The notes below the pieces were generated by a model. That model did not search any database and was not told the origin of the DNA. It was given only the letters and a program-made list of their open reading frames with translations. This document shows, one piece after another, positions 10,654 through 20,116 of a stretch of DNA of 64,000 bases. Source of the stretch: Chlamydiia bacterium (GTDB taxonomy: Bacteria > Chlamydiota > Chlamydiia > Chlamydiales > GCA-2402025); assembly GCA_030427725.1 (NCBI GenBank), contig JAUICV010000002.1, positions 69,013 to 133,012 on the forward strand, read 5' to 3'. Both the position numbers and the translations under genes were made by a program. Positions within the stretch are counted from its first letter, which is position 1; the number at the start of each line of letters is the position of its first letter.

Positions 10654-11414
10654 GGCATCTTCCAAAGGCCTATTTTCCATTTTTTCATCAGCTTTTCGTA
10701 CTCTCCATTTTCCATGAGATGATGAAGCCCTCTATTAAAAGCTTCTATTAAGGCTTCATTTTCATCTTTTAGAGTAATAAGTTTTAACCCCACATCAGTA
10801 TATGGCCTTGTGATAATTTTTAGCTTTCCTTGATAAATATCAGCAACATAAGCGCTGGCTTCTATCACATCGACTAAAGCTCCATCTATCGAGCCTACGA
10901 TGATATCCGTAAAAGCTGTCGGAACAAGCTCGTACATTCTACCTAAACTATCTGGATAAGTTTTAGCTAAAAATCTTTCATCCCCTCTTGAGAAAATAGC
11001 GATTTCTTTATCATGAAGCTTTGGAAGCTTAGATGTTGTGGCATCTTCTCTAACAACTAAAACTGGTCCTGTATATAAAAAGTTGTTAGAAAACGAGAAC
11101 GTACTAACATTAAAGACATATGGCTCCATGCTGTTTAAGATTGCGTCGTATCTTTTTTTGCTTAACCCATCTATTAAGTCATCCCATGAAACACTAATTT
11201 TTTCTAATTGCAAATGTTCTCGCTCTGCAATTTTTCCCAAAAGCTCACTTGTAAAAGCTAAGATATTGGGTTCTTTTCCATAAGTGTTAATGGGATACCA
11301 CGAAGGGTCAATAGCAATTGAGTATCCTTTTTTTTCGTTTTTACCTGAGCACGCTCCTAGACACACCAAAAGCGAACTAAAAACTAATACCTTTAGAAGG
11401 GATTTGATTCTCAT
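10650..11414 (-). CDS. Family-3 solute-binding lipoprotein (amino-acid ABC-type)
   Basis: Lipobox LVCLGAC after a signal peptide, with SBP_bac_3-like size and pattern. Its stop codon overlaps the glgP stop (TTAA). Confidence 0.65.
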   Translation of the reverse strand: MRIKSLLKVLVFSSLLVCLGACSGKNEKKGYSIAIDPSWYPINTYGKEPNILAFTSELLGKIAEREHLQLEKISVSWDDLIDGLSKKRYDAILNSMEPYVFNVSTFSFSNNFLYTGPVLVVREDATTSKLPKLHDKEIAIFSRGDERFLAKTYPDSLGRMYELVPTAFTDIIVGSIDGALVDVIEASAYVADIYQGKLKIITRPYTDVGLKLITLKDENEALIEAFNRGLHHLMENGEYEKLMKKWKIGLWKMP

Positions 11415-11481
11415 AAATTTCAACACTAGTTACAAGTCGGAATGATCATTTTGCAAAAAGATCCATAAAAAAACAAACAAA

Positions 11482-13647
11482 CTATACTTTTCCATTTTTG
11501 TTTAAGAGCCGAAGAGCATTAAAAACAACTAAAAGAGCCGCCCCAGTATCTGCTGCTATGGCCATCCATAGACTTGACAGCCCAAAAAGAGCTAGTGTTA
11601 AAAAGATCACTTTGACGACAAGTGAAAAAGCAACATTTTGTTTAATAACTTTGAGTGCTTTTCTTGCATGATAGATAAGCCAAGGAAGTTTACTTAAGTC
11701 ATCTGTCATTAAGGCAATATCAGCTGTTTCTCTTGCAATATCTGACCCAATTGTCCCCATAGCTATTCCAAGAGATGCCGTAGCTAATGCCGGCGCATCA
11801 TTAATTCCATCTCCTACCATTGCCACATAGGAATAGGTTTCTTGCAACTTTTCTATGGTATGAACTTTAGCTTCCGGGAGTAGTTCAGAAAAGAATTCAT
11901 CAATACCAAGATTATTTGCTATAGTCTCAGCTGAAGTTGTATTATCCCCTGTAAGCATAATGAGTTTATCAATACCGCGTCTTTTTAATTTACGAAGGAC
12001 AGGCTGGATATGATCTCTTGGTGTATCTGCCAAAGCAAAAAGGGCTAAAACTTTAGTCTCATCTGTAAGAGCTACGATACTAAAACCTTGTTTCTCTAAA
12101 CGCTCTGCTTCTTTATGAACGGTTAAAGACTCAAGTTTTCTTTCATGTAAAAATTTATGAGAGCCAATGTAGTACTTAACATTATTTATTTTTCCTTCAG
12201 CACCCTTACCATAATGCTCAACAAAACTGTCCGCTTTAGTTAAAGAAATTTGCCTTTCTTTTGCCCTTGATACTATAGCGCTAGCTAGTGGATGGGAGCT
12301 ATTCTGCTCTAAAGATGCCGCTATTAATAAAAGATCATCCTCTTTGAGATCACTTGTAGAAATAAGCTGAGCTAAAGTAGGTTCTCCTTTTGTTAAAGTT
12401 CCGGTCTTATCGAAAGCAATAGCTTCTAACTTTGCAGCAATTTCAAGGTACGTTCCGCCTTTAATTAAAACACCATTTCTAGCTGAGGCTGTGAGCGCTG
12501 AAACAATTGTTACTGGAGTTGAGATAACCAAAGCGCAAGGGCAAGCGATAACTAACACCACTAGAGCTCTATAAATCCAAACAAGCCAATGTTCATGAAA
12601 AAAAAGTGGTGGAACTAAAGCAATAGTTAAAGCAACGAGAATCATAACTGGTGTGTAGATACCAGCGAACTTTTCGATCCATTTTTCTGAAGAAGCTTTT
12701 TTCATGTGAGCTTCTTCAACAAGGTAGATCATTTTAGCTAAAAGTGTTTCTTGAGATAACTTACTAACTTCACAAACTAAAGCCTTTTGAAGGTTAACTG
12801 TCCCTGCATAAATTTCATCTCCAACAGTTTTTTCTACAGGCATAGACTCCCCTGTTATTGGAGCTTGATTAACAACTGTATCGCCTTCTGTTATAATCGA
12901 ATCAATTGGGATTTTCTCCCCAGGTTTTATTAAAATTTTATCCCCAAGCTTTAGGTTGTCAACTTCAACGATCTTTTCCTGATCTCCTGTTAAGACACGC
13001 GCATTTTTAACACCCAAATTTAGAAGTTTAGCAATAGCTCCTCTTGCTTTTTGTATTGTTCTATGCTCTAAAACAAGAGCTAGAGAAAACAAAAACGCAA
13101 CAGACGCTGCTTCAAACCACTGACCGATGAATAAAGCGCCCAAGACAGCTATAAACATCAAAAGATTCATATCTCCACGAACTCTTTTGATAGAATGAAA
13201 CGCTTTAGGCACGACAAACCAGAGCCCTGTCAGCATAGAAATGCCATAACAAAGAAATGGTATATAAGGAAAAATTTTGACGTAGTGTCGCTGATGAAAC
13301 TCTCGAATCGTCTCTTTAACTAAAAAATGATCTGTTAAAAAACCTGCAACAATAAAAATACCGCTTAAGATCACCATGATCATTCTACCTGATTTTGACC
13401 AAGCGGATATTTTTTCTAAATCAGGCTTTTTTGTTCCAAGTCTTGCGTGTAGACCCACTCCTTTGACATATTGAATGATTTGAGCTGGAGATATTTTATT
13501 TCTCTCATATTCAACAATCATTTTTGCCGAGATTACATCAAAAGATAGGTTTAAAATCCCTTTTTTTGATTCTAAGACTTTTTTTAGAAGAGCTATCTCA
13601 TCTTGACAATCGAGTTCTTTAACAAAAAAAACATCTTTTTTAAGCAT
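11482..13647 (-). CDS. P1B-type heavy-metal translocating ATPase (Zn/Cd/Pb-type)
   Basis: CPC transmembrane motif (VIACPCALVISTP), DKTGTLT phosphorylation site, MVGDGINDAPAL hinge, N-terminal HMA-like fold. Confidence 0.9.
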   Translation of the reverse strand: MLKKDVFFVKELDCQDEIALLKKVLESKKGILNLSFDVISAKMIVEYERNKISPAQIIQYVKGVGLHARLGTKKPDLEKISAWSKSGRMIMVILSGIFIVAGFLTDHFLVKETIREFHQRHYVKIFPYIPFLCYGISMLTGLWFVVPKAFHSIKRVRGDMNLLMFIAVLGALFIGQWFEAASVAFLFSLALVLEHRTIQKARGAIAKLLNLGVKNARVLTGDQEKIVEVDNLKLGDKILIKPGEKIPIDSIITEGDTVVNQAPITGESMPVEKTVGDEIYAGTVNLQKALVCEVSKLSQETLLAKMIYLVEEAHMKKASSEKWIEKFAGIYTPVMILVALTIALVPPLFFHEHWLVWIYRALVVLVIACPCALVISTPVTIVSALTASARNGVLIKGGTYLEIAAKLEAIAFDKTGTLTKGEPTLAQLISTSDLKEDDLLLIAASLEQNSSHPLASAIVSRAKERQISLTKADSFVEHYGKGAEGKINNVKYYIGSHKFLHERKLESLTVHKEAERLEKQGFSIVALTDETKVLALFALADTPRDHIQPVLRKLKRRGIDKLIMLTGDNTTSAETIANNLGIDEFFSELLPEAKVHTIEKLQETYSYVAMVGDGINDAPALATASLGIAMGTIGSDIARETADIALMTDDLSKLPWLIYHARKALKVIKQNVAFSLVVKVIFLTLALFGLSSLWMAIAADTGAALLVVFNALRLLNKNGKV

Positions 13648-13726
13648 ATATCACCTCTTATCTCATTCTTACTAGAGCTAAGAGCTTCTCTGCAAGATGA
13701 AATTTATGCTCTTCTAAAACAACTAA

Positions 13727-14170
13727 CTATTTACCCTTCAACTCGAGAGTCTTAAAAGGCTTAGAAAGTTTCCCCGAAGAAAAGGCTCCTTCGTTCTTAA
13801 TAAGATCTAGCTTACCAGCCCTTTCTAAAAAGGCTCGGACAGGAATTTTCATCTCATTATAGGCAATTACAATTTTTTCACCTGGTTGAGCAATCACATC
13901 CCTAACCTCTTCTAGAATCAAATCAAACCTTTCCTTAGCTCTAAGACCTATAGATGTCATGAGCTGTCTCGATCCAGCATTGTCGGTCATGCTTTTAGAA
14001 GTTGTTGAACTTTGGATCAGAACAAAAACCCCTTCTTTTAATAACTCAATTTTCTCTGGTGGTATTTCAGATCCAAGTGTTTTTAGATCACCTGTAAAAC
14101 GCTGAAAAGCATCGGCTACAGTTTCAGACTGCAGGTCTGCAATCTGATTTGTTTTCTTCATAGAGCTCAA
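13727..14170 (-). CDS. Hypothetical protein, 147 aa
   Basis: Intact ORF with no recognisable motif. The ATG at 14161 is more likely than the TTG at 14170. Confidence 0.45.
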   Translation of the reverse strand: MSSMKKTNQIADLQSETVADAFQRFTGDLKTLGSEIPPEKIELLKEGVFVLIQSSTTSKSMTDNAGSRQLMTSIGLRAKERFDLILEEVRDVIAQPGEKIVIAYNEMKIPVRAFLERAGKLDLIKNEGAFSSGKLSKPFKTLELKGK

Positions 14171-14493
14171 GGATTGTTATGTACAAACCCTGGTAATTAT
14201 CTGGAAGCCTATCTACAACATTAAGAGCTACGGAAGAGACTGTCGTAGGTTGTAACACTGAAAGAGTTGTACTCATAATCACTCCTCAAATTAAAAAGAC
14301 CAAATGTTCTTTATTCTTACAAAATTAAACTCAATAAAAAACGCACTTTATTAAAAACAACCTCAACAAACAAAAACACTACAGCTTTGTTTTGTTACAC
14401 ACCTAAGTTAACAAACTTAAAGCACTCGTTTGCTTAAAAAAACAACGCTGTATAAGCTACTCCCCTTTTTTACTAGATCTAGGAGTCTTTTTT

Positions 14494-15666
14494 ATGTCTT
14501 TTCCGTTCTCTAATATGCCTTTGGATCAATCTTTAACACAAATGAACTCAACCTTCTCCTCTCCACCTTTTTTGCCTTCACAAGGTCCTTCAATGTGGTC
14601 TCTTTTTAATCAAAGACAATACTCTTTGCTTTCTCCACCACAATTTTCTACTTCTCTAGCTTCTTTAGGCCCAATGACTGATATAGCCACAAATCCCACC
14701 ATAGCTAATACTATGGCAGTATGGCTGCAAGTTCAAAATCAGCCTTCTCTTCTTGATTGCTTACAGATGCCGCAACAACCATTTTCTACTTACCTAGCTT
14801 CTGCTAATCCTATGCGAAGCCAAACATTTCTCCCTATCTCAAATACTATGACAGTATGGAATCAGCACTTGGAATCAACACAAGCTCCACGAGCCCTTCA
14901 CCCAATTTTGGTGTCATCACCGCAATTTATCTCTAACAACTTAGAACAGATTGGACCTGAAACCGATTCTGCTACCAACACAGTTGTGCAGGCCGTACTC
15001 AACCCTACAGTCGCACCCTCATCGCCAAAAACAACAGCCAAACCACAGAGAAAGAAAAAGAAAAAAGCTAACGCCGCCACCCAAGAAACACCTCCAGCAT
15101 CTCCTGTTGCATCAACTCCTTCAGAGAAAATTAATTTACTCAAAGATCACTCTGGTCTTATAAAAGATTTTTTAGAACGTTTTATAAAGCAAAAAAATCC
15201 CACTGTTGAGCATGTTCTGAATCACTTTAGATCATATAACAACCCAAACACAGCTCTCTTCACTGTAAAAAATCTGGCTTTGTTCTGTAACAAATTTACA
15301 CACCAATTTATTGACATTTATCAAAAAAAGGATCGATTAACAGATAAAGAGATTTTAGCTTTCATTAGCTATTCCTCTAAAATATACCCCCAAACTTGGA
15401 GTGATACAGAAACTGTAACTATTCTTTCTTTTATAGCTACAAAGAAACCTTCAAGCCCCCAAGAGCTGATTAGCGAGCTTTTATCCCTCCATCCTATCTA
15501 TAAAGAATCCGAGATCAATACAGTTTTAACTCAGCTCAAAATAAACTTGAAACAAGAACCAACCTTGCTTCAACCTTTGCTTGAAAAAGTTGCTAATGCC
15601 AGCGAACAAACTAATAAAACCATTTTCGATTTTTTTAAAAACTTCGAACCTGGTCCTGCTGTTTAA
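14494..15666 (+). CDS. Hypothetical protein with Q/P/S-rich repeats, a K5 basic tract and a helical C-terminal domain
   Basis: Intact 390-aa ORF preceded by ctaggag. Three imperfect repeats (PQFSTSLASLGPMTD..NTMAVW / QPFSTYLASANPMRS..NTMTVW / PQFISNNLEQIGPETD..) are followed by KPQRKKKKKA. Confidence 0.6.
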   Translation: MSFPFSNMPLDQSLTQMNSTFSSPPFLPSQGPSMWSLFNQRQYSLLSPPQFSTSLASLGPMTDIATNPTIANTMAVWLQVQNQPSLLDCLQMPQQPFSTYLASANPMRSQTFLPISNTMTVWNQHLESTQAPRALHPILVSSPQFISNNLEQIGPETDSATNTVVQAVLNPTVAPSSPKTTAKPQRKKKKKANAATQETPPASPVASTPSEKINLLKDHSGLIKDFLERFIKQKNPTVEHVLNHFRSYNNPNTALFTVKNLALFCNKFTHQFIDIYQKKDRLTDKEILAFISYSSKIYPQTWSDTETVTILSFIATKKPSSPQELISELLSLHPIYKESEINTVLTQLKINLKQEPTLLQPLLEKVANASEQTNKTIFDFFKNFEPGPAV

Positions 15667-15683
15667 CTTGGCCTTTTTTCACT

Positions 15684-15711
15684 TTGAGAATACATATACA
15701 TTTGCTATCAT
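15684..15711 (+). promoter_or_regulatory. Candidate sigma70/66-type promoter of the carA-pyr operon
   Basis: TTGAGA, 16-nt spacer, TATCAT. It lies 18 nt after the stop of the upstream gene and about 105 nt before carA. Confidence 0.35.
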
Positions 15712-15744
15712 CTCGAGAAAATAAATTGAGTTCTTAAACTTAAG

Positions 15745-15798
15745 ATGGTTGATAAAACACTAAACAACAATTTTACAGACAAAAGCCACTTTGGGTAA
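15745..15798 (+). promoter_or_regulatory. Candidate 17-codon leader ORF (MVDKTLNNNFTDKSHFG) ending in the loop of the downstream terminator
   Basis: Translated by hand. The ATG is at 15745 and the TAA at 15796-15798. Codons 13-17 cover the left arm of the hairpin at 15781-15811. The Shine-Dalgarno sequence is weak. Confidence 0.25.
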
Positions 15799-15814
15799 CA
15801 AAGTGGCTTTTTTA
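15781..15814 (+). terminator. Intrinsic terminator / possible attenuator ending about 6 nt upstream of carA
   Basis: Perfect 12-bp stem aaaagccacttt / aaagtggctttt with the 7-nt loop gggtaac, running into a T-rich tract. Confidence 0.6.
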
Positions 15815-15819
15815 TTATT

Positions 15820-16887
15820 ATGATGATGAAAAAGACAAAGCTATTATTAAGTTCTGGAGAAAGTTTTGACGGCATGTCGCCAAAACAGCAAACCTCTAAA
15901 ACATTTGGCGAGGTTGTGTTTAATACAGGTATGACCGGCTACGTTGAAACCTTAACAGACCCTTCTTACTCAGGGCAAATTATCACATTTACCTATCCCC
16001 TTATTGGTAATTATGGAGCCCTTCCTGAAAATTACTGGGAGTCTAAAAAAATTCATGCCGCAGGTGTTATTGTATCTACTGCATCTGAGTTTTTTTCCCA
16101 CTCGAAGGCTACCCAATCCTTTTTAGAATGGCTCTACTCTCAAAACACTCCAATTATTACATCGATTGACACCAGACAGCTCACAAAAACAATTAGAGAA
16201 AAAGGGGTCACTTCTGCAGCCATTGTAGATAGTGAACTAAATCCAACTGATTTCGAAGATATTAACTCACAACACCTCGTTGCTAACGTTAGCATAGACA
16301 CACCACAAATTATTCAAAATGGAAACAAAAAACTCATCGTTGTTGACTGCGGAATTAAGGAAAATATTTTAAGATCTCTAAAAAAATTCCCTCTAACAAT
16401 CAAGGTCGTTCCTTTTGATTATGACTACTCTAAAGAAGAATTTGATGCTGTCTTTTTATCTAATGGACCAGGCGATCCAATACAGTGCAAAGAGACCATT
16501 GAGAACTTACAGAAAGTTTTGCATCAAAGCAAACCCATTTTTGGCATTTGTTTAGGGGCACAAATTCTAGCCCTTTCTATCGGCTGTCAAACCTACAAAT
16601 TAAAATTTGGTCATAGAGGTCAAAATCAACCCGTAATGCATTTAGACACAAAAAAATGCTACTTAACCTCTCAAAATCATGGATATGCAATCAATGAACA
16701 AACCATTCCAGAAGACTGGACTGTTAGCTATAGACACTTAAATGACGACTCGGTTCAGGGAATTGTTCATAAAACACGCCCGTTTTCTGCTGTTCAATTT
16801 CATCCAGAAGCTTGTCCAGGACCGTCTGATACTCAGCACTTGTTTCAAACCTTTTTTAACCAAATAGATCATCATGTCAGTGTTTAA
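15820..16887 (+). CDS. carA: Carbamoyl-phosphate synthase small (glutaminase) subunit
   Basis: GEVVFNTGMTGYVETLTDPSYSGQI N-terminal motif, GICLGAQ catalytic Cys, and HRGQNQPV / FHPE class-I amidotransferase triad. Confidence 0.92.
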   Translation: MMMKKTKLLLSSGESFDGMSPKQQTSKTFGEVVFNTGMTGYVETLTDPSYSGQIITFTYPLIGNYGALPENYWESKKIHAAGVIVSTASEFFSHSKATQSFLEWLYSQNTPIITSIDTRQLTKTIREKGVTSAAIVDSELNPTDFEDINSQHLVANVSIDTPQIIQNGNKKLIVVDCGIKENILRSLKKFPLTIKVVPFDYDYSKEEFDAVFLSNGPGDPIQCKETIENLQKVLHQSKPIFGICLGAQILALSIGCQTYKLKFGHRGQNQPVMHLDTKKCYLTSQNHGYAINEQTIPEDWTVSYRHLNDDSVQGIVHKTRPFSAVQFHPEACPGPSDTQHLFQTFFNQIDHHVSV

Positions 16888-19800
16888 AGGAAAAAAAGTT
16901 CTAATTTTAGGATCCGGAGGGTTGAGGATTGGCCAAGCTGGCGAATTCGATTACTCTGGTTCTCAAGCTATCAAAGCCCTAAAAGAAGAAGGTCTTCAAA
17001 CTGTTTTAATCAATCCAAATATCGCCACCGTACAAACAGATGTTTGTATGGCTGACACTGTCTATTTAGAACCACTAAATGTCAAAAGTGCAGTAACTAT
17101 TATTGAAAAAGAAAGACCCTATGGAATCCTATTAAGCTTTGGAGGGCAAACAGCTCTTAACTTAGGACTAGAACTTGAGCGCCTTGGAATTTTTAAGCAG
17201 TATCAAATCCAAGTTTTGGGTACATCAACTGATTCTATTAAAAAAACTGAAGATAGGGACCTGTTTAAAGACAGCTTAAACTCTATTAACGTCAAAACCG
17301 CAAAGAGTTTTGCTGTTTCAACAGTAAATGATGCTCTGAAGGCAGCACGTGAAATTGGTTATCCAATAATGATGCGCTCTGCTTTCTCCCTTGGTGGACT
17401 TGGCTCTGGTGTAATACATGATGAAGAGTGCCTCAAAATACGGGCTCAAGAATCATTATCTGGAGCTCCCCAAATACTTATAGAGGAGTATTTAGGAGGA
17501 TGGAAAGAAATCGAATACGAAATTATAAGAGATAAAAGTGATAATGCCGTCACCGTCTGTAATATGGAAAATTTCGATCCGATGGGCATCCACACCGGAG
17601 AGAGCATTGTGATCGCTCCCTCTCAAACGTTAACTAATGAAGAATACCATTTTTTAAGAGACATTGCGATTAGATGTGCAAGACATTTTAAGATCACAGG
17701 TGAATGTAATATTCAATATGCATTGAATCCTGATAATGGTGACTATCGCGTGATTGAAATGAACGCTCGGTTATCACGCTCTAGCGCTTTAGCGTCAAAA
17801 GCTACAGGATATCCATTAGCTTTTGTTGCAGCAAAGCTTTCACTCGGCAAAAATCTTTATGAACTAAAAAATGCTATCACAAAAAAAACAAGTGCTTTTT
17901 TTGAACCAGCTCTTGATTACCTAACTGTAAAGATCCCAAGGTGGGATACAAGCAAACTAAGATCTGCAGAGAGAAAAATTGGGTCTGAGATGAAAAGTGT
18001 TGGAGAGGTGATGGCAATTGGTCGATCATTCCCAGAAGCTCTTCAAAAAGCTATTCGAATGCTAAATATTGGATCTGATGGTCTTTCAAATCATATTGAC
18101 ACTATTGATGATTTAGAAGGAGAAATCAAAGTTGCAACAGATAGAAGGATTTTTGCTCTTTATCAATTTTTTCTCCGAGGGGGATCTCTAGAAAAAGCGT
18201 TTAAACTATCTAAAATTGATAAATGGTTTTTAAATCACCTTAAAGAAATTTCAAACTTAGAACATGCCCTACAAGAGAAGCCTTTGTCTAAAAGTTTACT
18301 TCTTTTAGGGAAAAAATCTGGTTTTTCAGACAAACAAATTGCATTGTTAAAATCTCAATCTGAAAACGAAATTAGATCTTATCGGTTAGGTCTAGGCATT
18401 AAACCAAATATTAAACAAATTGACACCTTAGCTGGAGAATTTGAAGCTGAGACAAACTATCTATACCTTACCTATCATGGCTCTTCTAATGACCTGCTGC
18501 CATCATCTACAAAACCAATTATTACACTTGGATCTGGTCCCTATTGCATTGGATCTTCTGTAGAATTTGACTGGTGCGCTGTCAACACTTCAAAAATTAT
18601 CAGGTCTCTTGGGCACCTTTCAATTATCATTAACTCAAATCCTGAGACCGTTTCAACAGACTATGACGAATCAGATCGTCTTTATTTTGAAGAACTGACA
18701 TTAGAAAGAGTCCAAGATATTGCTGACTTTGAAAATCCAAAAGGAATTATTGTTAGCGTAGGAGGTCAAATCGCTAACAACTTAGTGATGCCGTTATATC
18801 GAGCTAACTACCCTCTATTAGGGACTCACCCTTTATCTGTCGATCATGCCGAAAACAGGAAAAAATTCTCCTCTCTTCTGACAGAGCTCGAAATAGACCA
18901 ACCGACTTGGGATGAAGTCACTTCCTTAGAAAAAGCTAAATCTTTTGCAGAAAAAGTTGGCTACCCAATTTTAATTAGACCTTCCTATGTGTTATCGGGA
19001 GCCGCAATGAATGTGGTTTTTTCAGATAGTGAACTTGAAAATTATCTAAAAAAAGCCTCTATTATTTCTCCAGATCACCCTGTTGTTATGTCTCAGTTTA
19101 TCACTGAAGCCAAAGAGCTAGAAATCGACGGTGTTGCCAAACAGGGAAAAATTGTTATTGAAGCCATCTCCGAGCATGTTGAAAATGCGGGGATCCATTC
19201 AGGGGATGCAACCATTGTCCTGCCCCCTCAAAGGTTGTACTTAGAAACGATTAGAAGAGCAAAACAAATCACAAACCAAATCGTCAATGCTTTGTCTATT
19301 ACTGGACCTTTTAACATCCAGCTTATCGCAAAAAACAATGCTTTGAAAGTTATTGAGTGTAACGTTAGAGCCTCGAGATCTTTTCCTTTTGTTTCAAAGG
19401 TTACAAGACATAATCTAATAGAGATTGCAACCAAAGCTTTACTCGATAAGCTAGAAAAAAATTTCTATCAGACCTTAGAGCTCGACTATGTTGGTGTAAA
19501 AACCCCTCAGTTTTCCTATAGCAGACTCAAAGGGGCTAGCCCTGTTGCTCATGTTGAAATGGCGTCTACTGGAGAAGTTGCGTGCCTTGGAACAAATCTT
19601 CATGAAGCTTTTTTTAAATCTTGGCTGGCTACAGAACAATCTTTTCAAAGAAAAAAACTCTTTGTGAGTATCGGCCATCTATCTCAAAAGGAAAAACTTT
19701 TACCTTATCTAAAGCAGCTAGAAAATCTTGGCTGGGACCTTTATGCTACAGAAGGCACTCACAAACACCTTTGTCAAAATGGTATTGCTTCTTCATTTTT

Positions 19801-20116
19801 ATATAAGGCCTCTGAAAAAATTGAGCCAAATGTAAAAACTGCCCTGTCTCAAAAACTTGTTGATTTGATCATTAACATACCCAAAAGCTATGGACAAAAC
19901 CCAAGTTCTGATGGGTATAGAATAAGAAGATATGCTATAGATCATCATCTACCTCTGATCACGAATTTTCAACTCGCGCAGCTCTTTTTGCAATGCCTGA
20001 TTTTATTCGATAGCAAATCTCCAGAAATCTTTTCTCTGCAAGAATTTTACGAAACAAAAGAGAGAGACACTCTAAAAATTTTAAGTAAAAAAACAGAGCT
20101 TTTAACAACAATATGA
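16874..20116 (+). CDS. carB: Carbamoyl-phosphate synthase large subunit
   Basis: 1080 aa with duplicated ATP-grasp halves (GSGGLRIGQAGEFDYSG and GSGPYCIGSSVEFDWC) and a C-terminal MGS-like domain. Overlaps carA by 14 nt. Confidence 0.95.
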   Translation: MSVFKGKKVLILGSGGLRIGQAGEFDYSGSQAIKALKEEGLQTVLINPNIATVQTDVCMADTVYLEPLNVKSAVTIIEKERPYGILLSFGGQTALNLGLELERLGIFKQYQIQVLGTSTDSIKKTEDRDLFKDSLNSINVKTAKSFAVSTVNDALKAAREIGYPIMMRSAFSLGGLGSGVIHDEECLKIRAQESLSGAPQILIEEYLGGWKEIEYEIIRDKSDNAVTVCNMENFDPMGIHTGESIVIAPSQTLTNEEYHFLRDIAIRCARHFKITGECNIQYALNPDNGDYRVIEMNARLSRSSALASKATGYPLAFVAAKLSLGKNLYELKNAITKKTSAFFEPALDYLTVKIPRWDTSKLRSAERKIGSEMKSVGEVMAIGRSFPEALQKAIRMLNIGSDGLSNHIDTIDDLEGEIKVATDRRIFALYQFFLRGGSLEKAFKLSKIDKWFLNHLKEISNLEHALQEKPLSKSLLLLGKKSGFSDKQIALLKSQSENEIRSYRLGLGIKPNIKQIDTLAGEFEAETNYLYLTYHGSSNDLLPSSTKPIITLGSGPYCIGSSVEFDWCAVNTSKIIRSLGHLSIIINSNPETVSTDYDESDRLYFEELTLERVQDIADFENPKGIIVSVGGQIANNLVMPLYRANYPLLGTHPLSVDHAENRKKFSSLLTELEIDQPTWDEVTSLEKAKSFAEKVGYPILIRPSYVLSGAAMNVVFSDSELENYLKKASIISPDHPVVMSQFITEAKELEIDGVAKQGKIVIEAISEHVENAGIHSGDATIVLPPQRLYLETIRRAKQITNQIVNALSITGPFNIQLIAKNNALKVIECNVRASRSFPFVSKVTRHNLIEIATKALLDKLEKNFYQTLELDYVGVKTPQFSYSRLKGASPVAHVEMASTGEVACLGTNLHEAFFKSWLATEQSFQRKKLFVSIGHLSQKEKLLPYLKQLENLGWDLYATEGTHKHLCQNGIASSFLYKASEKIEPNVKTALSQKLVDLIINIPKSYGQNPSSDGYRIRRYAIDHHLPLITNFQLAQLFLQCLILFDSKSPEIFSLQEFYETKERDTLKILSKKTELLTTI

